From the NCBI GenBank assembly GCA_036406615.1, contig DASXAQ010000103.1, forward strand, positions 71,202-135,201: a stretch of 64,000 bases of DNA. The letters run 5' to 3'. The notes beneath the pieces were generated by a model. It was given only the letters and a program-made list of their open reading frames with translations, was not told where the DNA came from and searched no databases. A program made the translations under genes and the position numbers. The number at the start of each line of letters is the position of its first letter. Within the stretch, counting starts at the first letter, position 1. Below, in pieces: positions 18,495 to 26,028 of the stretch. Source of the stretch: Actinomycetota bacterium. GTDB taxonomy: Bacteria > Actinomycetota > UBA4738.

Positions 18495-20225
18495 CTACTC
18501 GATGACGGCCAGCGTCTGACCCGCCTGGACGACGTCGCCGGCCTTCACCAGGACGTCGGCGACCGTGCCCTGCAGCGGCGCTGGGATGTGGTTCTCCATC
18601 TTCATGGCCTCGAGGATGCAGACGATGTCGCCCGCGCCGATCGCCTGGCCGTTCTCGACCAGCACTTTCAGGATCGTGCCCTGCATCGGCGCCTCGATCA
18701 CCTTGCCCCCGTCGGCGCCGGCGCCGCTCGTGGACGCGGGCGGCGAGGGGGCGGTCCGCATCGCATCGCCCCAGAGCTTCACCGGGATCCGGTGCCCATC
18801 CACCTCGACCATCAGCCGAACGGTCTGCGCGGCCGGCGCTGCCGCGGCTGCAGCTGCGGCGCCTTCGGGCGAAGCGAAGCGTCCCGCCTCCAGCGCCTCC
18901 TCGACCCACTTCGTGTGGACGGTGCCCGTGCGGAACTCCTCGGAATCCAGCGCCCACTCGTGGAACGGGATCGTCGAGGGGATGCCTTCGAGATCCAGCT
19001 CGCGCAGCGCCCGCAGCATCCGACGGCGCGCGAGCTCGCGGGTCTCCGCCCACACGATGAGCTTGCCGAACAGCGAGTCGTAGTTGCCGGCGACGGCGCG
19101 GCCCTGCGTCACGCCCGCGTCCAGCCGGACGAACGAGCCGCCGGGTCGGTCCAGCCGAGTCACCAGTCCCGGCGACGGCAGGAAGTCGCGGTACGGGTCT
19201 TCGGCGTTCAGCCGGCACTCGATGGCGTGCCCGCGGCTCGCGGGCTGGAGGTCGACCTCCTCGCCGAGGGCGACCCGGATCTGGTGGCGCACCAGGTCGA
19301 GCTGCGTGACCATCTCGGTCACCGGGTGTTCGACCTGCAGGCGCGCGTTCACCTCCATGAAGTAGAAGGAGCCTCCGGGCTCGACCAGGAACTCGACCGT
19401 GCCGGCGTTCACGTACCCGGCCTCCCGCGCGATGCTGGTCGCGGCCTCGCCGATGCGCGCGCGCAGCGCCTCGTCGACGACCGGCGACGGCGCCTCCTCG
19501 ACCAGCTTCTGGTAGCGCCGCTGCATCGAACAGTCGCGCTCGCCGAGGAACGAGATGTGCCCGTGCGCGTCTGCCAGGATCTGGGCCTCGACGTGGTGCG
19601 CGCGCGCGATGTAGCGCTCCAGGTAGACCTCGGGGCGGCCGAAGTACGCCTTCGCCTCGCGGGCGGAACGCTCGACGGCCTCGTCCAGGTCGTCGGCCGC
19701 CTCGACCAATCGCATGCCCTTGCCGCCGCCGCCGAACGCGGCCTTGACCACCAGGGGGAAGCCGATGCGCTCCGCCTCGGCGCGGGCCTGCGCGGCATCG
19801 ACCGGGCCGTCGGTGCCCGGTACCACCGGCGCGCCGGCGCGGACCGCCGTGCGCCGAGCTTCGGCCTTGTCGCCGAGCATCTCCATCGCCCGCGGGGGCG
19901 GTCCGATGAACGTCATACCGGCGTCGGCGACGGCGCGGGCGAAGTCGGCGTTCTCGGCCAGGAACCCGTAGCCGGGGTGGACCATCGTCGCCCGGCCCTT
20001 GGCCGCGGCCTCCAGGAGTCGTTCGACGTTCAGGTACGACTCGGCCGGGGCGGCCGGCCCCAGGAAGTACGCCTCGTCGGCCTCCTCGACGTGCAGCGCG
20101 TCGCGGTCGACCTCCGAGTAGACGGCGATGCTGGGGATGTCCAGCTCGCGGCAGGTTCGAAACACGCGGACGGCGATCTCGCCCCGGTTGGCGACCAGGA
20201 TGCGTGGACCCGTCGTGTCGCTCAC
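18495..20225 (-). CDS. accA: Acetyl/propionyl-CoA carboxylase alpha subunit (biotin carboxylase + BCCP)
   Basis: Biotin carboxylase N-terminus RILVANRGEIAVRV, ATP-grasp domain and a C-terminal biotinyl domain with the EAMKM motif. GTG start. Confidence 0.9.
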   Translation of the reverse strand: MSDTTGPRILVANRGEIAVRVFRTCRELDIPSIAVYSEVDRDALHVEEADEAYFLGPAAPAESYLNVERLLEAAAKGRATMVHPGYGFLAENADFARAVADAGMTFIGPPPRAMEMLGDKAEARRTAVRAGAPVVPGTDGPVDAAQARAEAERIGFPLVVKAAFGGGGKGMRLVEAADDLDEAVERSAREAKAYFGRPEVYLERYIARAHHVEAQILADAHGHISFLGERDCSMQRRYQKLVEEAPSPVVDEALRARIGEAATSIAREAGYVNAGTVEFLVEPGGSFYFMEVNARLQVEHPVTEMVTQLDLVRHQIRVALGEEVDLQPASRGHAIECRLNAEDPYRDFLPSPGLVTRLDRPGGSFVRLDAGVTQGRAVAGNYDSLFGKLIVWAETRELARRRMLRALRELDLEGIPSTIPFHEWALDSEEFRTGTVHTKWVEEALEAGRFASPEGAAAAAAAAPAAQTVRLMVEVDGHRIPVKLWGDAMRTAPSPPASTSGAGADGGKVIEAPMQGTILKVLVENGQAIGAGDIVCILEAMKMENHIPAPLQGTVADVLVKAGDVVQAGQTLAVIE

Positions 20226-20245
20226 CTCGCCACCTTCGTCATGCC

Positions 20246-20254
20246 TGACATAAT
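20246..20254 (+). promoter_or_regulatory. Candidate extended -10 promoter element TGACATAAT for birA (TSS predicted near 20261)
   Basis: TGn + CATAAT lies in the 90-nt divergent accA/birA intergenic region, 62 nt upstream of the birA GTG at 20316. Confidence 0.3.
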
Positions 20255-20315
20255 CCCGCCGTCACGCGAACCTGGACGCGACCGTGACCGAGGCCGGAGG
20301 CCGGAGGCCGATCAC

Positions 20316-21101
20316 GTGCTGACGCAGCATACCGTCGCCGACGCGGCCCGAGCCGCCGGCCTTCCCGTCCCGATTCGCTTCCTTCCGGTCACCGGGTCGA
20401 CGAACGACGACGTGCTCGACATGGCCCACGCGGGGGCGCCCGAGTGGACGGTGATGGTGGCGGCACGGCAGGAGTCGGGCCGCGGCCGGCTCGGTCGAAC
20501 GTGGTCGTCGCCGCCCGGTACGTCGCTGGCCGTCTCGGTGCTGCTTCGTCCGTCGATGCTCGCCGCGGATGCGCCGCTGCTCGGGTTGATGGCGGCGGTG
20601 TGCATGGCCGAGGCCTGCGCGGACGCGTGCGGCGTGACGGTTCGCAGCAAGTGGCCGAACGATCTGACCGTGGGGGACCGGAAGGTCGGCGGCATCCTGC
20701 CCGAGGCGCAGATGGATGGGCCGGCGGTGACCTACGCGGTCATCGGCGCGGGGGTCAACGTCGGGCAAGGGCGCGACGACTTTGCGTCGGAGTTTCGCGA
20801 GACTGCGACGAGCCTGGCGGCCGAGGGAGGCAAGGCCGACGCGACCGGCCTGTTGGCGGAGTTCCTGGTTCGAATGCGGCGCGCTTACACGCCGGCCGAT
20901 TCGAGCTTCGGCACGCAGGTCGTCGGCGCATACCGTCGCCTCTGCGCGACGCTCGGCCAAACGGTGCGCGCCACGACCACCGACGGCCACACGATCGAGG
21001 GCGAAGCCGTCGACATCGGCCCGGCCGGCCACCTCATGATCCGAACCGCCTCCGGCGCGCTGGAGTCCGTCGGCTTCGGCGAGGTGCAACTCCTTCGGTA
21101 G
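20316..21101 (+). CDS. birA: Biotin--[acetyl-CoA-carboxylase] ligase (group I BirA, no DNA-binding domain)
   Basis: GSTNDD, GRGRLGRTW and KWPNDL motifs. GTG start, 261 aa; an alternative in-frame ATG is at 20241. It lies at the C-terminal end of artefactual track ORF 18588..21101. Confidence 0.8.
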   Translation: MLTQHTVADAARAAGLPVPIRFLPVTGSTNDDVLDMAHAGAPEWTVMVAARQESGRGRLGRTWSSPPGTSLAVSVLLRPSMLAADAPLLGLMAAVCMAEACADACGVTVRSKWPNDLTVGDRKVGGILPEAQMDGPAVTYAVIGAGVNVGQGRDDFASEFRETATSLAAEGGKADATGLLAEFLVRMRRAYTPADSSFGTQVVGAYRRLCATLGQTVRATTTDGHTIEGEAVDIGPAGHLMIRTASGALESVGFGEVQLLR

Positions 21102-21184
21102 CGGAGTGGGCTCGGCGGCCCAGTGGGGATCCTGAGAACGGCGCGTTGGTTGCCGGGACCTTCCGCGCGGGATAGCGTTCGGCC

Positions 21185-21880
21185 ATGGCCTTCCCGCGAC
21201 GCCTCCTCGCGCCGGGCGAGGATATCGTCCTCGACCTTCGTCCCCACTGGATCTCGGTCTTCGTATCGGGCCTCGAGGCTGTCGCCGCGCTCGTCGTCTA
21301 CGTGATCCTGCTGCTGAACGTCCCCGACTCGTGGGCGCCGTGGGTTCGCTGGCTGCTGTTCATCGTGCTGGCGTTGATCCTGATCCTCACCCTGGGGCGA
21401 AAGCTGATCGGGTGGGCGACGTCGCACTTCGTCGTGACGACCGAACGCGTGATCCACCGCTCGGGCTGGCTGGCGAAGCAGTCGATGGAGATCCCGGTTG
21501 ACCGCATCAGCGACGTGAAGTTCGGTCAATCGATCTTCGAGCGGCTCGTCGGCGCGGGGAACCTCACGATCGAATCCGCGGGGGAGTTCGGCCAGCAGAA
21601 GTTCGACTACATCATGCATCCCGAGCGGGTGCAGAAGACGATCTACGAACAGTCGCGCCGCGCGCGGGATTCGGGGCAGTCCCCGCCCGCACAGGCGCCG
21701 CCGTCGCCCGCCCCGCCCTCCACCCCGGCGCCGTCGTCCACGCCCACGATCACGCGCGTCCAGCCGCCCTCGGGCATGATCGCCGACGAGCTGGCCAAGC
21801 TCGACGAGTTGCGCAAGCAAGGGGTGCTGTCGGAGGAGGAGTTCCAGCGGCAGAAGGCTCGCCTGCTGGACCAGCGCTGA
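21185..21880 (+). CDS. Membrane PH-domain (YdbT/DUF304-like) protein with Pro-rich linker and C-terminal SHOCT domain
   Basis: Two TM helices, a bPH_2-like core, a PAQAPPSPAPPSTPAPSS linker and a C-terminal LAKLDELRKQGVLSEEEFQRQKARLL SHOCT motif. Confidence 0.6.
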   Translation: MAFPRRLLAPGEDIVLDLRPHWISVFVSGLEAVAALVVYVILLLNVPDSWAPWVRWLLFIVLALILILTLGRKLIGWATSHFVVTTERVIHRSGWLAKQSMEIPVDRISDVKFGQSIFERLVGAGNLTIESAGEFGQQKFDYIMHPERVQKTIYEQSRRARDSGQSPPAQAPPSPAPPSTPAPSSTPTITRVQPPSGMIADELAKLDELRKQGVLSEEEFQRQKARLLDQR

Positions 21881-21950
21881 CTCCACCCCGTCCGGCCACG
21901 TCGAACCCGGTTCCCGGCCGCCTCCCCCGCGACGGGCTACCCTGTAGTCC

Positions 21951-23120
21951 GTGGACTTCGACTTCACCGACGAGCAGCAGGACTTTCGCGCGGCCGTCCG
22001 CGACTTCGCCGACGAGGTCATCCGCCCCCGCGCCGAGGAGATGGACCGCCTCGGCGAACTCCCGATGGACATCGTCAAGCAGATGGGGGAGATGGGCCTG
22101 TTCGGCCTGCCGTTCCCAGAGGAGTACGGCGGCCAGGGCGCGGACTTCACGACGTTCTGCGTCGCGGTCGAGGAGCTGGCCCGCGTCGACTCGTCGATGG
22201 CGATCACGCTCGAGGCCGCCGTCGGCCTCGGCGCGAACCCGATCTTCCACTTCGGGACCGAGGAGCAGAAGCAACAGTGGCTGGTCCCGATGTGCCGCGG
22301 CGAGATCCTGGGCGCGTTCGGGCTGACCGAGCCGGGCGGCGGGTCCGACGCCGGTTCCACGCGCACTTCCGGGCGGCTGGAAAACGGCGAGTGGGTCATC
22401 AACGGCTCGAAGGCGTTCATCACGAACTCCGGCACCGAGATCTCGAAGATGGTCACCGTGACCGCCGTGACCGGCGAGGCCGAGGGCGGCCGGGGCCACA
22501 AGCAGATCTCGGCGATCATCGTGCCCGCGGGCACGCCCGGCTTCGAGGTGGCCGCGTCGTACCGCAAGGTCGGGTGGCACGCGTCCGATACGCACGAGCT
22601 GTCGTTCATCGACTGCCGCGTGCCGGAGGCGAACCTGCTCGGCGAACGCGGCGCCGGCTACGCGCAGTTCCTGCAGACGCTGGACGACGGGCGCATCGCA
22701 GTCGCGGCCATGGCGACCGGCCTGGCCCAGGGGTGCCTGGAGGAATCGTTGCGCTACGCGAACCAGCGCCACGCGTTCGGCCGGCCGATCGGAGGGTTCC
22801 AGGCACTGCAGTTCAAGATCGCCGACATCCGGGTGGGGGTGGACACCTCGCGCCTGGCGACCTACCGAGCCGCGTGGCTTCGCGATCAGGGCCGTCCGTA
22901 CAAGGCGGAGGCGGCGGTCGCGAAGCTGTACGCGAGCGAGGTTGCGGTGGAGGCCGCACGACAGGCCGTCCAGATCCACGGGGCGTACGGGTTCATGGAG
23001 GAGTTCCCCGTGGGCCGGCACTACCGCGACGCCAAGGCCCTGGAGATCGGGGAGGGCACCAGCGAGATCATGCGCTGGATCATCGCCCGTGACCTGGGGC
23101 TTCCCGAAGACCCGGCCTGA
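21951..23120 (+). CDS. Acyl-CoA dehydrogenase
   Basis: GLTEPGGGSDAGS and catalytic-base region IGEGTSEI. GTG start, 389 aa. Confidence 0.85.
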   Translation: MDFDFTDEQQDFRAAVRDFADEVIRPRAEEMDRLGELPMDIVKQMGEMGLFGLPFPEEYGGQGADFTTFCVAVEELARVDSSMAITLEAAVGLGANPIFHFGTEEQKQQWLVPMCRGEILGAFGLTEPGGGSDAGSTRTSGRLENGEWVINGSKAFITNSGTEISKMVTVTAVTGEAEGGRGHKQISAIIVPAGTPGFEVAASYRKVGWHASDTHELSFIDCRVPEANLLGERGAGYAQFLQTLDDGRIAVAAMATGLAQGCLEESLRYANQRHAFGRPIGGFQALQFKIADIRVGVDTSRLATYRAAWLRDQGRPYKAEAAVAKLYASEVAVEAARQAVQIHGAYGFMEEFPVGRHYRDAKALEIGEGTSEIMRWIIARDLGLPEDPA

Positions 23121-23191
23121 GCCCTTGACCCCCGCCCCGGGGGTGCCGAGATATCTGGGAGTGCTTGTAATGCCCCATTTCGGCCCTCAGG

Positions 23192-24409
23192 ATGGATCCG
23201 GTGCTCGGTGACCCGCGTGCCGCCTCGCCCGCGCCCTCGCGTGGCGTGAAGAGGCGGCCACTTCCCAACGGGGCTCGCGCGGCAGTGGTGCTCGCCGCGG
23301 TGTTCGTGCTGACCGCCTCGCTGACGCTGCCCGGCCGCGCCGACACGGGCTCGCAACTGGCAAGCGCCCAGGCGAAGCTCAACAAGCTCATCTCGCAGAT
23401 CGAGGCCGCGACGAAAGCCAAGGACGCGTTGCAGGTGCAGCTGAACGCCCTGGCGAAGCAGATGAGCGCCATGCAGGTCCAGATCGAGCAGGTCGCGACC
23501 CAGATCGCGCAGACCCAGCACGACATCGACGTGACCCTGACGCAGATCCAGGCGCAGCAGGGCGTGCTGGACCAGCGCGCGAGGCTCGTCTACGAGGCCG
23601 GCCCGGCGAGCACGCTCGAGTTCCTGCTCTCGTCCCAGTCCATGGGCGACCTGTCGGACCGGCTCCAGATCGTCGACGCGGCGGCCGCCAGCGACGAGGA
23701 CATCATCCAGCAGCTCCAGGACCTCGAGAACGGGCTGAACGCCAAGCAGCAGACGCTCCAGTCGCAACAGGCCGTCTTCGCGGGTCGCCAGAAGAAGCTG
23801 CAGTCGGCGCAGAACAAGCTGCAGACGCAGTGGAACCAGCAGAACGCGATCGTCACGCAGCTGGCCACCGACCGGCAGAAGGCCGAGTCGCTGGTCGCGA
23901 AGCTGAAGAAGAAGCAGGCGGCCGAGCTGGCCGCCGCGTTCGGCGGCAGCAGCGGCCCCGCGATCGGCGGCGTGTTCGTCACGTGCCCGGTGCGCGGGCC
24001 CCACGCCTACTCGGACGACTTCGGCGCGCCGCGCTACACGACCAACCCGCCACACCCGCACGGCGGCAACGACATCTTCGCGCCGCGCGGCACGCCCGTC
24101 GTGGCGCCGTTCGACGGCACCGCCGTCAACGGGTCGGGCGGCCTCGGCGGACTGGCCGTCAATGTGTACGGGGCGCTCGGCTACGTCTACAACGCGCACC
24201 TCGACCGCATCGGCACGCTCGGGCCCGTCACCGCCGGCACCGTGATCGGCTGGGTGGGCAACACGGGCGACGCGGCCGGCGGCGCGACGCACGATCACTT
24301 CGAGTTCCACCCGAGCGTGATCCCGCCGCACCCGTGGAAGAGCCCGTACGGCTACCGCGTGGTCGGGACCGGGATCGACCCGTACCCGTACCTGAACTCG
24401 GTCTGCTGA
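23192..24409 (+). CDS. Secreted coiled-coil + M23 (LytM-type) metallopeptidase
   Basis: Signal peptide cleaved after PGRA/DT, a Gln-rich coiled coil, and an M23 domain with intact HGGND (HxxxD) and HDHFEFH (HxH) motifs. It ends ...PYPYLNSVC*. Confidence 0.8.
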   Translation: MDPVLGDPRAASPAPSRGVKRRPLPNGARAAVVLAAVFVLTASLTLPGRADTGSQLASAQAKLNKLISQIEAATKAKDALQVQLNALAKQMSAMQVQIEQVATQIAQTQHDIDVTLTQIQAQQGVLDQRARLVYEAGPASTLEFLLSSQSMGDLSDRLQIVDAAAASDEDIIQQLQDLENGLNAKQQTLQSQQAVFAGRQKKLQSAQNKLQTQWNQQNAIVTQLATDRQKAESLVAKLKKKQAAELAAAFGGSSGPAIGGVFVTCPVRGPHAYSDDFGAPRYTTNPPHPHGGNDIFAPRGTPVVAPFDGTAVNGSGGLGGLAVNVYGALGYVYNAHLDRIGTLGPVTAGTVIGWVGNTGDAAGGATHDHFEFHPSVIPPHPWKSPYGYRVVGTGIDPYPYLNSVC

Positions 24410-24458
24410 GCGTCGCTCCGGCGAGCTTCCCGGGGGGCCGCGGATCCCCCAACGCGAA

Positions 24459-24489
24459 CGAGGGCGGGGGCTCTGCGCCCCCGCCCTCG
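24459..24489. terminator. GC-rich 13-bp-stem hairpin (CGAGGGCGGGGGC-tctgc-GCCCCCGCCCTCG) between convergent M23 and S53 genes; likely bidirectional terminator
   Basis: Perfect inverted repeat read directly from the sequence. It lies 50 nt after the stop at 24409 and 21 nt before the S53 stop at 24510. There is no U-tract, which is common in high-GC actinobacteria. Confidence 0.5.
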
Positions 24490-24509
24490 GTCGTGACCGC
24501 GCCGGTCGG

Positions 24510-25886
24510 CTACGAGCCGGCCAGCTCGTTCACCAGGGCCGCGGCATCCAGCGTGCCGACCCCCGTCGAGAGGTCGTAGCCGGGCAGCGCGTCGAATCCC
24601 TGCACCGTGAACGTCTGGTTGTCCTGCGTGAACGTGACCGTGTTGTTGCCGGACGTCACGTCGACGATCCCCGCCGCGTGCTTCTGCGACAGGTTGTACA
24701 GCGCCGGGTTGATCCACCCCAGGGAGTGTCCGGCCGCCTGGTCGGCGATCGAGACCACGCCCGCGAACATCGGGGTCGCCCAGCTGGTGCCGCCCACGAT
24801 GTAGTAGCCGGGCGGCAGTCCGGGGAACCCGAGGTACGTGATCGCGCCGCCGTCGACGGCCGCGCTCATCGAGATGTCCGGAACGCCGCGGCGGCTGCCG
24901 ACGACGTCGGCGACGCTGCGCTGGAACGACGGGCGGGCGAAGAAGATCGACTCGCCGCCGCCGCTGGCCGCCGGGGCCGGCACCGCGTTGACGTTCGGGT
25001 TGTACGTGTCGTTCCACACGTTGTCGGCCGCCGTCCGGTTGCCGTCGGCGTCCAGGTGCAGCTGCGTCCCGCCCACGCCGGTCACCAGCGGGTCGCTGGC
25101 GGGCCACTGCGTCACCTGCTGCGTGTAGTAGCGCGTCAGGTCGTGCTTGAACCCGGTCGCGCCGGCGTCACCGCTGCCGGCCAGGACCGTGATGCCGGCC
25201 TGCTTGGCCCGGACGTACGTCCCGCGAAGGCCGTTGATGACCCCCTTGCCGCTGAACGTCTTCTCGGTGGCCGCGAAGCTCTGCGAGATGACCGACGCCA
25301 GGCGGTTGCTGATGACGTAGTTCTCCGACCGCATGATGTCCGGGAATCCGTGCAGCCCTTCGGTTTCGCTCACGGGAGTCTCGACCAGCAGGATGTTGGC
25401 TCCCGGCGCGACCGAGTGCGCCCACTCCACGTCGAGCGAGGTCTCGACCGCCCAGTTGAACATGTCGGAGTTCGGGTCGAACGGCGGGATGGGACCTGCC
25501 GGCGTGATGATGTTGAAGTTCGGCGGAGCCGGCAGCCCGAAGTCGGAGTCGAACTGCGCCAGGTCCGCCTCGATCGTCGGCGACCCGAACGAGTCGACGA
25601 TCGCGATCGTCTGGCCCGTCCCATCTAGGCCCTGCCCGTACAGCGTGTTGAGGTCGTACGCGTTCTGGATCTGGAACGGCGCGTAGCAGGCGATCCCGAA
25701 GTCCGCCTCGCAGTCGGCCGTGGTCGGCGGCTGCGCGGAGACGAAGTGCGCCTGCAGGCCCTTCCAGTTGATCCACTTCGTGTGCGAGTTCGGCTTGGTG
25801 CCTGCGAGCGCGCCCACGCTCGCTACCGCGAGCACCAGCCCGGCCACCGCACCGGCGATGGCCACCTTGCGGACGATTCCTGACAT
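24510..25886 (-). CDS. Secreted S53-family serine peptidase (sedolisin/kumamolisin-like) with pro-domain
   Basis: GGTSWATPMFAG catalytic-Ser motif. Signal peptide MSGIVRKVAIAGAVAGLVLAVASVGALA. Strong SD GAGAGGAGGT upstream of the ATG at codon 29 of the track ORF. Confidence 0.75.
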   Translation of the reverse strand: MSGIVRKVAIAGAVAGLVLAVASVGALAGTKPNSHTKWINWKGLQAHFVSAQPPTTADCEADFGIACYAPFQIQNAYDLNTLYGQGLDGTGQTIAIVDSFGSPTIEADLAQFDSDFGLPAPPNFNIITPAGPIPPFDPNSDMFNWAVETSLDVEWAHSVAPGANILLVETPVSETEGLHGFPDIMRSENYVISNRLASVISQSFAATEKTFSGKGVINGLRGTYVRAKQAGITVLAGSGDAGATGFKHDLTRYYTQQVTQWPASDPLVTGVGGTQLHLDADGNRTAADNVWNDTYNPNVNAVPAPAASGGGESIFFARPSFQRSVADVVGSRRGVPDISMSAAVDGGAITYLGFPGLPPGYYIVGGTSWATPMFAGVVSIADQAAGHSLGWINPALYNLSQKHAAGIVDVTSGNNTVTFTQDNQTFTVQGFDALPGYDLSTGVGTLDAAALVNELAGS

Positions 25887-25974
25887 CTGACCTCCTCTCG
25901 GCCCCCCTCGAATCGGGGCGAACGCTCCAAAAAACCATGAGCGCACCGAATTGGTCAAATCCGCAACCATGCCA

Positions 25975-26000
25975 CACGGGATGGAACGATCCCACGGGAT
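25975..26000. promoter_or_regulatory. Overlapping inverted repeats CACGGGAT-ggaacg-ATCCCACGGGAT in the lower-GC divergent region between S53 and M23-2; putative operator
   Basis: GGGAT/ATCCC arms are present twice. The site is 29 nt upstream of the M23-2 ATG at 26029, inside the only AT-richer 142-nt intergenic stretch (25887-26028). Confidence 0.3.
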
Positions 26001-26028
26001 CGCGGCTGGTCAGGGCGCTCGCGTTGAC

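Noticed and set aside
18588-20315. N-terminal 575-codon extension of birA track ORF 18588..21101
   Set aside because: It runs antisense to the strongly supported accA gene. BirA homology only begins around 20316, and the extended -10 element lies at 20246.
25887-26028. c-di-AMP (ydaO) riboswitch upstream of the M23 cell-wall hydrolase
   Set aside because: The region is too short, and I cannot match the paired ACGGGG/CCCG consensus elements by eye. It is reported instead as a possible operator.
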